Assembly: GCA_050013755.1 (NCBI GenBank) | Contig: JBEKER010000006.1 | Coordinates: 872-64,871, forward strand | Source: Halobacteriota archaeon | GTDB lineage: Archaea > Halobacteriota > Bog-38 > Methanoflorentales > Methanoflorentaceae | Direction of reading: 5' to 3' | DNA length: 64,000 bases | Shown: positions 29,150-38,653 of the stretch, piece after piece | Layout: every line of letters begins with the position of its first letter | Numbering within the stretch: the first letter of the stretch is position 1 | Made by a program: the position numbers and the translations under genes | Notes under the pieces: model-generated | The model's input: the letters and a program-made list of their open reading frames with translations, nothing else | What the model was told of the DNA's origin: nothing | Database searches by the model: none

Positions 29150-30322
29150 GTGGACTATGAGTACGGCATAAATACGAAACTAGTGCACGCCGGAGAACGT
29201 CCATCTCCCGATACCTTCGCGCTAGCACCGCCGATTTACCAAACGTCGAGCTTCGCAATAGACGAGATCCTGCCATCGGGAATAAAGCGCGGAAAGTACG
29301 TCTACTCCCGACTTTCAAATCCGACACTCACTGCATTAGAATCAAAAATGGCGGCCGTTGAGGGGGGCGATGCTGCGGTCAGTTTCGCAACAGGGATGGG
29401 GGCCATTTCGGCAATAATGCTTACGCTGCTCAAATGCGGCGATCATCTCATCGCTGATCACGTGCTCTACGGTAGCACCTATGACCTCTTAAAAAGAGGC
29501 GCTCCACGCCTCGGCTTTGAGGTAAGCTTTGTCGACGCCTCTAATTCTGAAAATGTAGCTGAGGCCGTACGAGACAACACGAAGCTTGTTTTTTTTGAAA
29601 CCCCGGCTAACCCGACGCTGAAGTTGGTGGACATACGTAAAGTCGCGGCAGTCGCATCGGAAAATAGACTCAAAACGATCGTCGATAACACATTCCTAAC
29701 TCCCTATTACCAAAAACCCCTCGAACTGGGGGCCGATATCGTCGTGCATAGCGCGACGAAATACTTGAACGGGCACGGCGACGCATTAGGGGGGGTAGTT
29801 ATCTCATCTTATGAAGAAGCAGTCACAATCAGAAATGGGGTGTTGCGCGATATGGGCGCCGCACTTAGTCCTTTCAACGCCTTTCTTATCTTGCGCGGAC
29901 TTCGAACGTTGGCAGTAAGGATGGAGCGTCACGCACAGAACGCGACTGAGCTCGCTGCTTTCTTGAAAGCGCATAAGGCCGTTAAGCAGGTTCTTTATCC
30001 CGGATTCGACCGAAACTTCGAGAGCAATCCCGATCTGAAGAAGCAAATGGCAGGCTTTGGAGGAATGCTAGCTTTTAGGATTCGCGGAGGAGTCGAGTCA
30101 GCGGTGACGTTTTTGAACACTCTCAAATTGAGTACGGTCGCGGTGAGTCTCGGCGACACTGCGACTCTGATCGAGCATCCGGGACTTATGACTCACGCAG
30201 TTATTCCCAAAGAAGAGAGAGAAATGCTCGGAATCACGGATGATCTTATACGCGTGTCTGTTGGGCTTGAAGACGTTGCGGACATCAAGGCGGACTTGGA
30301 ACAAGCGCTCGATGCGATTTAG
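29150..30322 (+). CDS. Cys/Met-metabolism PLP enzyme (cystathionine gamma-synthase / gamma-lyase / O-acetylhomoserine sulfhydrylase family)
   Basis: It has YSRLSNPT and SATKYLNGHGDALGG (PLP Lys). It is 390 aa with a GTG start, 9 nt after the marker-8 stop. Confidence 0.85.
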   Translation: MDYEYGINTKLVHAGERPSPDTFALAPPIYQTSSFAIDEILPSGIKRGKYVYSRLSNPTLTALESKMAAVEGGDAAVSFATGMGAISAIMLTLLKCGDHLIADHVLYGSTYDLLKRGAPRLGFEVSFVDASNSENVAEAVRDNTKLVFFETPANPTLKLVDIRKVAAVASENRLKTIVDNTFLTPYYQKPLELGADIVVHSATKYLNGHGDALGGVVISSYEEAVTIRNGVLRDMGAALSPFNAFLILRGLRTLAVRMERHAQNATELAAFLKAHKAVKQVLYPGFDRNFESNPDLKKQMAGFGGMLAFRIRGGVESAVTFLNTLKLSTVAVSLGDTATLIEHPGLMTHAVIPKEEREMLGITDDLIRVSVGLEDVADIKADLEQALDAI

Positions 30323-30343
30323 TGCGTGTTTGAACCTGTTAAC

Positions 30344-31837
30344 TCACGTCGCGGCTGCCTCTCTTAATCGGGCTATTACGAATTCGGGATCGAGAGTGGC
30401 TAAAAACCATCCTGCCCGAGGCCCCGACGTTTTTGCGAGGAGCGAAATATATATCGCTTTAAACGCCTCTTTCGAGTGAATCCCTACTTGTTCACTGATA
30501 CTGTAAACTTCATTGTGCAACCACTCAGGGTCCCAGCTGTCCGTCTCGAGTGCCTTCGCCAGCTTTTCTAATGTTTTTTTCTGTCCCGCTGTGAGCGTTT
30601 TGACTTGGACTGGAAGTGTTCGCTGAACCTCAAACTTTACAAACGGCGGTGCAAAACGGTCGAGCCAGTTTCTTACGTTCTGGGCTCTTCTTCTTAGGGC
30701 AGTCATGTCGATAGTTTCGTAACCGCTTCGACGGAGCACTTCTACCAGCTCGTCGCAATTGTGTGCGATCTGAACCGCCGTCACCATGTGTCTGAACGGC
30801 ACGTTGCACCCCTGCTCAGAGATTCGAGCCAGCTCAAAAGCGCGACCTTCGCCGCGATCAAACTCATCAACCAACGTCAATAGCCCTAAACCCGGATCGA
30901 AATCGATGAGCTTCTCTGGCTTTGTTTTTATGATCATGTATCGCAAGACGTCGGCAGGCGCGCTCTCGAGCATCTCCTGAATACTAATCGTCACGCCTTT
31001 GGAGCTCGACATCTTGCCACGTCCTTTGAGGTGGATGTGACCGTACGGAACCGGAACGGGAGGGGCATACCCGTACACCTCTCTTGAGATACGCTGGCCA
31101 GTATCGTAGGAGCCCCCTGCGACAGCGTGGTCTTTGCCAAAGGGCTCAATAGTCACGCCTAGAATTTTCCAGCGTGCTGGCCAGTCGACGCGCCAGGCAA
31201 GCTTGCCTTCTCCCCTTGAGTAATCAGCAACTCCTTCGGCGCCGCAGTCGCATCTATACCGCACAGCAGTGCGCGCAGGAACGTGCTCAATGATTTGTGC
31301 CGCACTGATTCGTCGGCAGCGCTCGCAAAGCGGGTTATATGGACTCCACCCTGCCGGTAGTTTTCTCTTTGAAACGCTCTCAATTATTTCGGCGATCAGA
31401 TTGTGCTGTTCGAGCGCGATTTTCGTCGCGTTTGTATAGAGTCCTTCCTTGTACATCCTGTCTGCTCGATAGACTTCAGGAGCGATATCTAATTCATCGA
31501 GCGATTCTGAGAAAGGCCTGAGATAGTGCTCAGCGTAGCTCGAGCAGCAGCCAAAAGGATCAGGTATTTCTGACAACGGCATGCCGACGTACTTTTTGTA
31601 AGCGGCTGGCAAGAAAGGGTAGACCGTTCGAAGGGGGTCGTACGTATCAGCGATGTATATAAGCCGAGCGGTTTTTTCGGCGTCTCCAATAGCTCTGAAA
31701 ATAGCGTCGCCTGTCACTACCTCCCGCATATTACCGACGTGAATGTTGCCGGAGGGAGTTATTCCTGTAGCTATAACTTGCTGCCCTTCAACGGCGCGTG
31801 CAACGACATCCGCCCAATGAATGTGTGCTTCTTCCAT
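30344..31837 (-). CDS. lysK: Lysine--tRNA ligase, class I
   Basis: It has TPSGNIHVGNMREV (HIGH-type motif), KMSSSKG (KMSKS-type) and an internal Cys cluster (CERC...CDCG). Confidence 0.9.
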   Translation of the reverse strand: MEEAHIHWADVVARAVEGQQVIATGITPSGNIHVGNMREVVTGDAIFRAIGDAEKTARLIYIADTYDPLRTVYPFLPAAYKKYVGMPLSEIPDPFGCCSSYAEHYLRPFSESLDELDIAPEVYRADRMYKEGLYTNATKIALEQHNLIAEIIESVSKRKLPAGWSPYNPLCERCRRISAAQIIEHVPARTAVRYRCDCGAEGVADYSRGEGKLAWRVDWPARWKILGVTIEPFGKDHAVAGGSYDTGQRISREVYGYAPPVPVPYGHIHLKGRGKMSSSKGVTISIQEMLESAPADVLRYMIIKTKPEKLIDFDPGLGLLTLVDEFDRGEGRAFELARISEQGCNVPFRHMVTAVQIAHNCDELVEVLRRSGYETIDMTALRRRAQNVRNWLDRFAPPFVKFEVQRTLPVQVKTLTAGQKKTLEKLAKALETDSWDPEWLHNEVYSISEQVGIHSKEAFKAIYISLLAKTSGPRAGWFLATLDPEFVIARLREAAAT

Positions 31838-31999
31838 CTTTTATGCAGGAAGCAGAGCTTTTTCTTTAAGTCAATTGCGCTCGGTGGTTCAATCGCCGGC
31901 TTTTCCCGTACTCGGTGGTCGACAAAAGTCAAGTCTTTTCTGAGCGTGTCAAGTCCGCAAGTCAGAGATACTCTTGGGGCGCCACGCGCGACTTGCAGA

Positions 32000-32311
32000 T
32001 CACAAAGTCTCTTCGTGAATCCAGTCGAGATATGCTGGCGATCCCGATTCTATCGTGAAAGAGATGATGCAAGGGTTCTCGTAGCTGTGCAACTGTCGCA
32101 CTCTGGCAGCAACCTTGTCAACTAGTGAAGACTTGGTCTTAATCGACAATGCATACTCCTCATCTTCTTCGATGCTTCCCTTCCATCTATACAATGACTT
32201 GATAGGGGAAATGTTCACGCAAGCCCCTAATTTTTCTTCGACGATTGCGCGGGCGATGCTCTTTGCCTCCTCTAGAGTTGCTGCAGTTACGTATATGTCA
32301 GAGAACATCAT
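32000..32311 (-). CDS. cutA: Divalent-cation tolerance protein CutA
   Basis: The 103-aa product has A....A..IV.EKLGACVNI.P..SLYRWKG.IE.D.E..L.IKT........A.V..LHSYE.P.II. Confidence 0.85.
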   Translation of the reverse strand: MMFSDIYVTAATLEEAKSIARAIVEEKLGACVNISPIKSLYRWKGSIEEDEEYALSIKTKSSLVDKVAARVRQLHSYENPCIISFTIESGSPAYLDWIHEETL

Positions 32312-32335
32312 GAGACCAGTTAAGGTGAAAGCCGC

Positions 32336-33673
32336 TTGGATTTTTATACTCTTGCATTAGTTATCTTCGCAGCTTATTGGCTTCTCGTGATATTTCTGAA
32401 CAGCCGAGGCATTCTAGCGCGACACGGCGTTAGCGCTTACGGTCCTATTCTAATGCTCCGGACAACGCAGGGCTTGCGTTTGCTTGACAAGTTAGCGCGT
32501 CCAAAACGGTTCTGGAGGTTTTTTGCGAACATCGGCATTCCCTTGACAGTTATTGCTATGTTCTTCATGTTGGCCATCCTCCTCATTGGTGACGTCAGGA
32601 TCTTGGTCACACAGCCCGCGCCCACCGCGTTGAACGCTCCACAAAACGTGTTGCTTCTTCCCGGAATAAATCAATTCATTCCGTTAACGTGGGGACTCAT
32701 CGGTTTGATAGTCACACTGGTAGTCCACGAGCTCTCACACGCAATCTTGAGCAGAGTGGCCGACATCAAAGTGAAATCACTTGGTCTGCTCATCGCGCTA
32801 GTGCCGATCGGAGCGTTCGCAGAGCCTGACGAATCACAACTGCTTGGGATAGACGCTAAAAAGGGCGAAAAGATTGCTACGCGTCCAGAACGGCTTAGGG
32901 TTTTCAGCGCCGGCATAACAGGAAACTTCGCTGTCGCACTCATCGCATTCACACTATTCTTCGGCCCAGTGCTATCATCTGTAACGGCAACAAACGGCTT
33001 TGGGGTGGTATCGGTTGTTTCTGGATCACCCGCGGAACAAGCGGGCCTGCAACCGGGTATGACCATCTCTCAGATTGATGGCATTACGATCTCTGATACC
33101 AACGACTTTCAAGCATTCATGAACGCGACCCACCCAGGGCAGATCGTTACTGTGAAAGCGATAGATCAGGGAACTCCCAAGACCTTCGGCATCGTTTTAG
33201 CCAAGAATCCCAACTCCGACAAGGGGTTTCTGGGCATCGGAGGAGGGTCAGCGTCAGAACTCCTCACTTTCCTTAAGCGGATCCCGAGTAACCTCAATAC
33301 TTTTCAAGGGTGGGGCGTCCTCATAGGTCTACCTTTGCTTATTTTTAGCGGCTTTACAGGCAATATCGCGCACCTTTACCAGCCTATCGGGTGGGCGGCC
33401 CCGCTTGGGAACGGCTTTTTTTGGATAGCAAACACTCTCCTTTGGGTGGGGTGGATAAACTTCTACGTAGGGCTCTTCAACTGCCTTCCCGCAGTCCCCT
33501 TGGATGGCGGACACATCTTCAGGGAACTCTTTAAGTCGCTCACCGAAAAGATCCTGCGAAATACCAAAGATCAAGAACGGGTCACAAGTGCACTCGTGAC
33601 GACGCTTGGCGCCGTAATACTTGCCTCTTTCTTGATCTTGCTTATCGGTCCCTATGTCTTTGGCACCTTGTAA
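32336..33673 (+). CDS. Site-2 protease (M50 family) with PDZ domain
   Basis: It has the HELSHA zinc motif, a PDZ segment (GSPAEQAGLQPGMTI..IDG), the NCLPAVPLDGGH second motif, and is multi-TM. The TTG start lies only 24 nt from the divergent cutA start, so the start is uncertain. Confidence 0.8.
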   Translation: MDFYTLALVIFAAYWLLVIFLNSRGILARHGVSAYGPILMLRTTQGLRLLDKLARPKRFWRFFANIGIPLTVIAMFFMLAILLIGDVRILVTQPAPTALNAPQNVLLLPGINQFIPLTWGLIGLIVTLVVHELSHAILSRVADIKVKSLGLLIALVPIGAFAEPDESQLLGIDAKKGEKIATRPERLRVFSAGITGNFAVALIAFTLFFGPVLSSVTATNGFGVVSVVSGSPAEQAGLQPGMTISQIDGITISDTNDFQAFMNATHPGQIVTVKAIDQGTPKTFGIVLAKNPNSDKGFLGIGGGSASELLTFLKRIPSNLNTFQGWGVLIGLPLLIFSGFTGNIAHLYQPIGWAAPLGNGFFWIANTLLWVGWINFYVGLFNCLPAVPLDGGHIFRELFKSLTEKILRNTKDQERVTSALVTTLGAVILASFLILLIGPYVFGTL

Positions 33674-33814
33674 GACTCGACGCGCGCTTCAAGAGGCGGT
33701 TGGTCTCTTGCTGGCTGAGGCCTTAAGGAAGCTGCCTGCCAAAGATCACCAAGATTCGAGGTGCTTGGGATAGCGCGAAGCTCGTTTCTGCAGGTCGCTT
33801 GCGTGAATAGGCGG

Positions 33815-34510
33815 CTAGCGCGAACGCTCGTACGCGTCGACAATCGCCTGTCCAGTCACAAACGTGAGCTCGTGCCGTTTTGCGTAGTCGATCGAGTCTC
33901 GCTTGGTTAGGGCTCTCCCGCTCTGTGCATCGAGCATTTCGCACATAGCCATAGCTGGGATGATGCCCGCCATCTCAGCTAAGACTATTGAGAGCTCTGT
34001 TTGTCCTCTTCGTTCTGAAATAAGCCCCTGGGCTGCTCGAAGAAGCGGGACATGTCCCGGAGACCGAAAAGATGCACCGAAGTCAACTGGAAGATTAAGC
34101 GCCACCCTCTCTACCGTGAAGCCAAGCTCTGTAATAGTAAGTGCACGATCTATGTCAGTTATCCCAGTCCGAACACCCCTATGATTAACGGCGATTGAAA
34201 ATGAGGAGCGCGTATCATAAGCAAGATCGCCGGGCTTCTCGCAGACGGAGTCAAGCTTCAAGCTGCATCCATTTGAGCTAACGAATTTTAAGATGTCTGA
34301 CATGAAGGGGAGACAGAGACTTTCAGCAGCTTGTGGAGAAATGGCAACGCAGATCAGCCCGCCCGCCTCTACGCGCATTCGCGCTACCTGTTTAGGTGTC
34401 GTCGAGACGGCAGGCACTACCATGTCCGTCTCGGCTTCCCTATCTTCGGAATCATAAATAAGTACCATCTCTCCTCTTCTCACTGCCTTAATTGCCTCTG
34501 CTACGCTCAT
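33815..34510 (-). CDS. ribB: 3,4-dihydroxy-2-butanone 4-phosphate synthase
   Basis: It has GEMVLIYDSEDREAETDMV, GGLICVA, RSPGHVPLL and RGQTE. Its start overlaps the rbkR stop (ATGA). Confidence 0.9.
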   Translation of the reverse strand: MSVAEAIKAVRRGEMVLIYDSEDREAETDMVVPAVSTTPKQVARMRVEAGGLICVAISPQAAESLCLPFMSDILKFVSSNGCSLKLDSVCEKPGDLAYDTRSSFSIAVNHRGVRTGITDIDRALTITELGFTVERVALNLPVDFGASFRSPGHVPLLRAAQGLISERRGQTELSIVLAEMAGIIPAMAMCEMLDAQSGRALTKRDSIDYAKRHELTFVTGQAIVDAYERSR

Positions 34511-35151
34511 ACTATCGCGACCTCGATAACATCACCATTATCCGTGTTGAGAGTTTGTTTGATTGAAACTTGAGCAACGGTCTCGATTACGTCGTTCTTA
34601 TAATGGGAGCGATCAGGCACAATCACGGCTCCGTCGATGCCTCCAACGGAAGCTCTATAACACCTGATACCCCCATAGGTACGGTTGCTGGTCTTGAAGC
34701 TTGAGATATTGATGGGGGTTAGGTTGTTCAGCCGCACACGAGCTGCCGCGCTTTCTTCATCCAACTTTATGTTCAGCGTGCCCGGATATGGCGTGAAGCC
34801 TAGCCGCTCTTCAAACTGCTTTGTGTAGCCGCGGATCGAGAGGTAGTACCGGCCCTCGCCCAAGCCTGATACTATGGTGCCGCTCAATTCGATCACCGGT
34901 TTTGATTCGAAAATGGACTTATAAGCTAAATACTGTTCTTTTAGTACGTTGGATCCCTTCTCTGTAATGGCAATAGCTTGCGATCTGCCTGATAGCGTTC
35001 GCGCAATCAAGCCCTCTTCTTCGAGTTCTTTCAGTCTTCGCGAGGCTGTCATAGGACTGGTTCTGAGCCTCTTAGCAAACTCAACGGCTGACACTTGGAT
35101 AGGTTTTTGCGCCGCGTTAATAAGCGCGAGCTCTAGAAGTGGATCTTTCAT
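34507..35151 (-). CDS. rbkR: Bifunctional wHTH regulator / CTP-dependent riboflavin kinase (RbkR-type)
   Basis: The N-terminal winged helix (SAVEFAKRLRTSPMTASRRLKELEEEGLI) is fused to the archaeal RibK domain (GTIVSGLGEGRYY......Y..QF...LGF.PYPGTLN). The ATG at 35151 is preferred; the track extension to 35337 is non-conserved. Confidence 0.8.
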   Translation of the reverse strand: MKDPLLELALINAAQKPIQVSAVEFAKRLRTSPMTASRRLKELEEEGLIARTLSGRSQAIAITEKGSNVLKEQYLAYKSIFESKPVIELSGTIVSGLGEGRYYLSIRGYTKQFEERLGFTPYPGTLNIKLDEESAAARVRLNNLTPINISSFKTSNRTYGGIRCYRASVGGIDGAVIVPDRSHYKNDVIETVAQVSIKQTLNTDNGDVIEVAIV

Positions 35152-35169
35152 TGAACCTTGAGTCACCAA

Positions 35170-35189
35170 TATTGATATGCCTATCAATA
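35170..35189. promoter_or_regulatory. Inverted repeat TATTGATA-N4-TATCAATA between a TATA-like element and the rbkR start (candidate operator)
   Basis: A perfect 8-bp inverted repeat lies 19-38 nt upstream of the rbkR ATG. It is downstream of TTATAA (35211-35216 on the + strand), where archaeal repressors typically bind. Confidence 0.35.
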
Positions 35190-35458
35190 ATGAGTTGATG
35201 TTATAAGAAGCTATTTGCTCTGAGCGTCCTCTGCTGCGAAGCGGTGTGAGCGCATCGCCAAGCTCTGGGCTTGGGTGCAAAGAATCTAGCTTCAGACGGC
35301 AGCTGACGCAGCGTTGCGCGCTGGGCAAAGTCAGCAAGAAGGCGTGGCGCGTCTACCGCAGATACGCTGTCGAGCGTTGAATATCGTCGGCTGAATCGAC
35401 AGTACACAATTTGCTTCTTTTCTTGAGCTTTGTCCTGTGGGTAGGTTTCCTTGTCGAT

Positions 35459-37066
35459 TCAAACGGTTTGCATACGGACAGTTGTGAATACTGGGCCCCG
35501 CAGGTCGATCTTTTTGTTCCGGCTCGTTATATATCGTGTAGCAACTGGATCTATTCTAAGGTTTAAGTCGTTTGGTGAGCGAGAGATCCGCACTCGTACC
35601 TCCAGGTTCGTCTTGCCCTGTTGCAAGGCTTGTTCGATCTCATACGCAGCTTCGGCTGCGAATGCTTTTATGTACGTTATCCCTGTTGAAAGGCCTTCGA
35701 GCTTTGTAGCCCCTATAACGTTTCCATCTTTGACAAAAACCTCATTCAGAAAGGCGGGTCCGCAAAGTTTCGTGTTCTCTTCAGGCTCTATCACAGTGAT
35801 TCGTGTGAACTTGTCTAGGAGCTCTCCCTCCCACGCCACGAATTCAACGGGGCTTGCATCAGCGCCGTGCGTTTTGCACACGTTGACAATTGCTTGTTGT
35901 ATTGCTTCTCCTTGCAGCGTTGCAGGGGCGTTTTTTAGGGTGATGAGACGGGCTAGCTCATCGTCGGTCAAAACGAATTCTCCGTAAAACTGCGGGAATA
36001 CAAGTGTTCTTATGTCCTTAAATGCGTGCGCGATCATTGCGATTCTCTCTACTCCAATGCCACAGTTCACAACAGGATATTCGATGCCATAGTTAGCTAA
36101 TGTAAGGGGGCTGTATAAGCCGAAATCGGCTACTTCGAGCCATCCAGCCTCGTTGTTTTTTGCGTCTTCAAAATTGGGGGAATATGCAAAAGCCTCGTAG
36201 TGCTTTCCTGGCGCATAATAAGTATCGGTGCCAGTGGCAACTTGTCTGAACTGAAAATCCTCAAATCCGAACGGTCGCAAGAAATCCTCGATTAGCCATT
36301 TGCCTACATCGATAGACACGTCCTCGTCCATTACAACGCACGAAGCAGAATTGTGCACTCGAAGGTGCGTGGCATCCTCACGCTGCTCTCTTCGGTAGCG
36401 AGGACCAATCGAGAAAAGCGTCACAGGTACGGCGGTGTATTTCTGGACGGTAGCTAACGTATCGAACCAGGCTGCAGTCATGTGCGATCGCAGCGTTAGG
36501 TTGGAAGCCAGGGGTTTCAAATCCTTGAATTCAAAAAACACCTCTTCGAACACTTGTATGGCGCGGTCGTCGGGGACATTCAGTTCTTTTGCGATCTCCC
36601 TAATTAGCTCATCGCTCTCCAGCTCGCCGGTTTTGAGTTTGTGAAGCGTCAACTGGAGCGCGGCAACTTTTTTGGGAGGTAGGTGTATACCGAAGCTTTT
36701 GATCATCGCCTGCTTCTGTGCACTCAAACCGACGTCCGGCCTAGGTAGAGCGGCGAGATAGTAGCATCTGTCGAGTATAGCAAAACCGGTCGGCCCCCAC
36801 TGCTTCATGACGTCCGCTTCGGGAAATATCGTTTCGTTGATTACCTCGTCAAACCCTAGCTCCAGCAGTCGTTGCCGCATTTTCTCGATGAGATCGTTCA
36901 GTACGTGCGGCGCGCCCCGCGAAGGCGTTTGCTCTATCCGACGCAGGTCGTAGATACTCCCGTCATTAAGCAGTTCGCCGCCGTATTTCCACGCCTCTTC
37001 GAAGCTTTTTTCTTTGATTCGCAGTATTTCGCTCGTTGGAATCTTTTTCAAAACGGCAGCCTCCAA
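35459..37066 (-). CDS. sepS: O-phosphoserine--tRNA(Cys) ligase
   Basis: The 535-aa class II aaRS of the PheRS-alpha-like type has LRSHMT, FSIGPRYRRE, GIGVERIAM and an N-terminal region alignable to methanogen SepRS. It has a TTG start. Confidence 0.85.
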   Translation of the reverse strand: MEAAVLKKIPTSEILRIKEKSFEEAWKYGGELLNDGSIYDLRRIEQTPSRGAPHVLNDLIEKMRQRLLELGFDEVINETIFPEADVMKQWGPTGFAILDRCYYLAALPRPDVGLSAQKQAMIKSFGIHLPPKKVAALQLTLHKLKTGELESDELIREIAKELNVPDDRAIQVFEEVFFEFKDLKPLASNLTLRSHMTAAWFDTLATVQKYTAVPVTLFSIGPRYRREQREDATHLRVHNSASCVVMDEDVSIDVGKWLIEDFLRPFGFEDFQFRQVATGTDTYYAPGKHYEAFAYSPNFEDAKNNEAGWLEVADFGLYSPLTLANYGIEYPVVNCGIGVERIAMIAHAFKDIRTLVFPQFYGEFVLTDDELARLITLKNAPATLQGEAIQQAIVNVCKTHGADASPVEFVAWEGELLDKFTRITVIEPEENTKLCGPAFLNEVFVKDGNVIGATKLEGLSTGITYIKAFAAEAAYEIEQALQQGKTNLEVRVRISRSPNDLNLRIDPVATRYITSRNKKIDLRGPVFTTVRMQTV

Positions 37067-37254
37067 GCACGGGCCACGCAGCTGGCTTTGTATGGACCGG
37101 CTTGCGCAATGGCGCTACAAACCCCTCAACACGATTATACTTAAGTTTTTACGTGATAAAGCACTGTATAAATAGCGAGCTACGTTTGTACCAAATTACA
37201 AAGAACAAAGGACTACGGCGGCTTGCTGAGCACGCTTGAAGGGGTTTAGGTTCC

Positions 37255-38271
37255 GTGGAAGTCGTGTATAGCAAAGGATGCGAGTTGTGCCAGCTTGGCG
37301 CGAAGATGGTGCTTTTTGTCACCGGCTTATGTCACCGGAGCTGTTTCTATTGTCCTTTGTCTGAACACAGGAAAGGAAAAGACGCCGTATATGCGAACGA
37401 GCGTCTCGTAAAATGCGATGCCGATCTTGTAGCAGAAGCACGTTCCATGGACGCGCTCGGAACCGGTATCACCGGGGGCGAACCGTTGCTGGCTCTCGCG
37501 AGAGTCCGGCACTACATGAAACTCCTGAAAAATGAGTTCGGACCGCAGCACCATATTCACCTCTACAGCTCTATTGCTCCCTCGGGGCACGCTCTACGCG
37601 TGCTTGCTCGTGCAGGATTGGACGAAATCCGCATCCATCCACCGATCGAGGAGTGGGACAACTTTGCGTCATCTCAATATTGCGAGGCGCTCAGATATGC
37701 CAAGACACTCGGTTTGGAGGCTGGTGTCGAGATTCCAGCCATAAAGCCCGTCCCTGCGATTTTGAGCGTTCTCAAGGAGGTCTGTGGCTTTTTGAATCTT
37801 AATGAACTAGAGTTTTCAGAAACAAACTATAACGCTATGACCGCGGCAGGGTTTGTTCCGCTTGAGTATGGCTACGCCGCTGTCGGTAGCCGACAGATGG
37901 CCGAAGAGATTGCTAACGATGAGGTGCCGACGTATTTCTGCCCCTCTGCATCAAAAGACAGCGTCCAGCTTAGAGAACGATTCAAGCGTAAAGCGCGGCG
38001 TTTAGCTAGACCGTTCGATGAAGTCACCCAGGACGGCACACTCGTATTTGGCGTTGTACAATCGGCGCCGAGTTTCGATTGTCTTGCAGGCATCTCTAAA
38101 GACGATTATGCGATTGTTAATGGCGAGTTGCACCTGTCTTGGCAACAAGCGCTACGGCTTGCAAAAAAACATCCGGTGCTGGCCGAGGCAGGGCGCGTCG
38201 TGGAAACGTATCCGGACGGGACGGTGGTTGAAGTAACGCCCCTAAATTGTTGCTTAAAACCGAAAACGTAA
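37255..38271 (+). CDS. Radical SAM protein (COG2108-like, function unknown)
   Basis: It has the CHRSCFYCP (CxxxCxxC) cluster motif and GGEPLL. It is 338 aa with a GTG start. Confidence 0.7.
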   Translation: MEVVYSKGCELCQLGAKMVLFVTGLCHRSCFYCPLSEHRKGKDAVYANERLVKCDADLVAEARSMDALGTGITGGEPLLALARVRHYMKLLKNEFGPQHHIHLYSSIAPSGHALRVLARAGLDEIRIHPPIEEWDNFASSQYCEALRYAKTLGLEAGVEIPAIKPVPAILSVLKEVCGFLNLNELEFSETNYNAMTAAGFVPLEYGYAAVGSRQMAEEIANDEVPTYFCPSASKDSVQLRERFKRKARRLARPFDEVTQDGTLVFGVVQSAPSFDCLAGISKDDYAIVNGELHLSWQQALRLAKKHPVLAEAGRVVETYPDGTVVEVTPLNCCLKPKT

Positions 38272-38304
38272 ATACTTCCGCGCTGACTTACTATCGCCCC
38301 GGAA

Positions 38305-38646
38305 GTGATTGCGCTGAACGGCAAAAATGTTGAGAACCGACTGAAGAATTACCTTGAACGAGATGGGCAAGGGGTGCGCAAGGCCGTGCTTGAACTGTTT
38401 CTCGAAAAGCACATCTTCACAACTGAGGAGGTTTATCAACATCTGAGGGACGGCGGGTACGACGTAAGTTATCGGGGAGTTTCCGCCATGGTAGGGCTTA
38501 TGAATACTCGATTGGGCATCTTTAGGATAGATGTCACCAAGAATCACAACGTCTATTCGCTAAAAGACTCATACAAAGACGTCGTTCGGTCGCTCCTGAG
38601 CCAAGAAAAGGGGCTTGTCTCCCTTACCGAAGATATCTTGTCCTAG
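38305..38646 (+). CDS. Small hypothetical protein, DUF2551-like (possible wHTH)
   Basis: The 113-aa product has the pattern RL..YL.RD..GVRK.VLELFL....FT.EEVY..L.......SY.GVSAMVG....RLGI, recalled from methanogen-specific DUF2551. It has a GTG start. The call is weak. Confidence 0.4.
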   Translation: MIALNGKNVENRLKNYLERDGQGVRKAVLELFLEKHIFTTEEVYQHLRDGGYDVSYRGVSAMVGLMNTRLGIFRIDVTKNHNVYSLKDSYKDVVRSLLSQEKGLVSLTEDILS

Positions 38647-38653
38647 AGGTTTT

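Noticed and set aside
29143-29156. TCCAGTGGA at this site, and GTTCCAGTGG at 9877-9886, resemble the mini-ORB core of archaeal replication origins.
   Set aside because: These are single isolated matches, one inside the purE coding sequence and one at a gene junction. There are no repeated ORB elements, AT-rich unwinding region or adjacent cdc6/orc1 gene.
32312-32335. A 24-nt divergent intergenic region between cutA and the S2P protease might be an unusual bidirectional promoter.
   Set aside because: It more likely reflects uncertainty in the S2P start, since the only option before the first TM is a TTG. It cannot be resolved from sequence alone.
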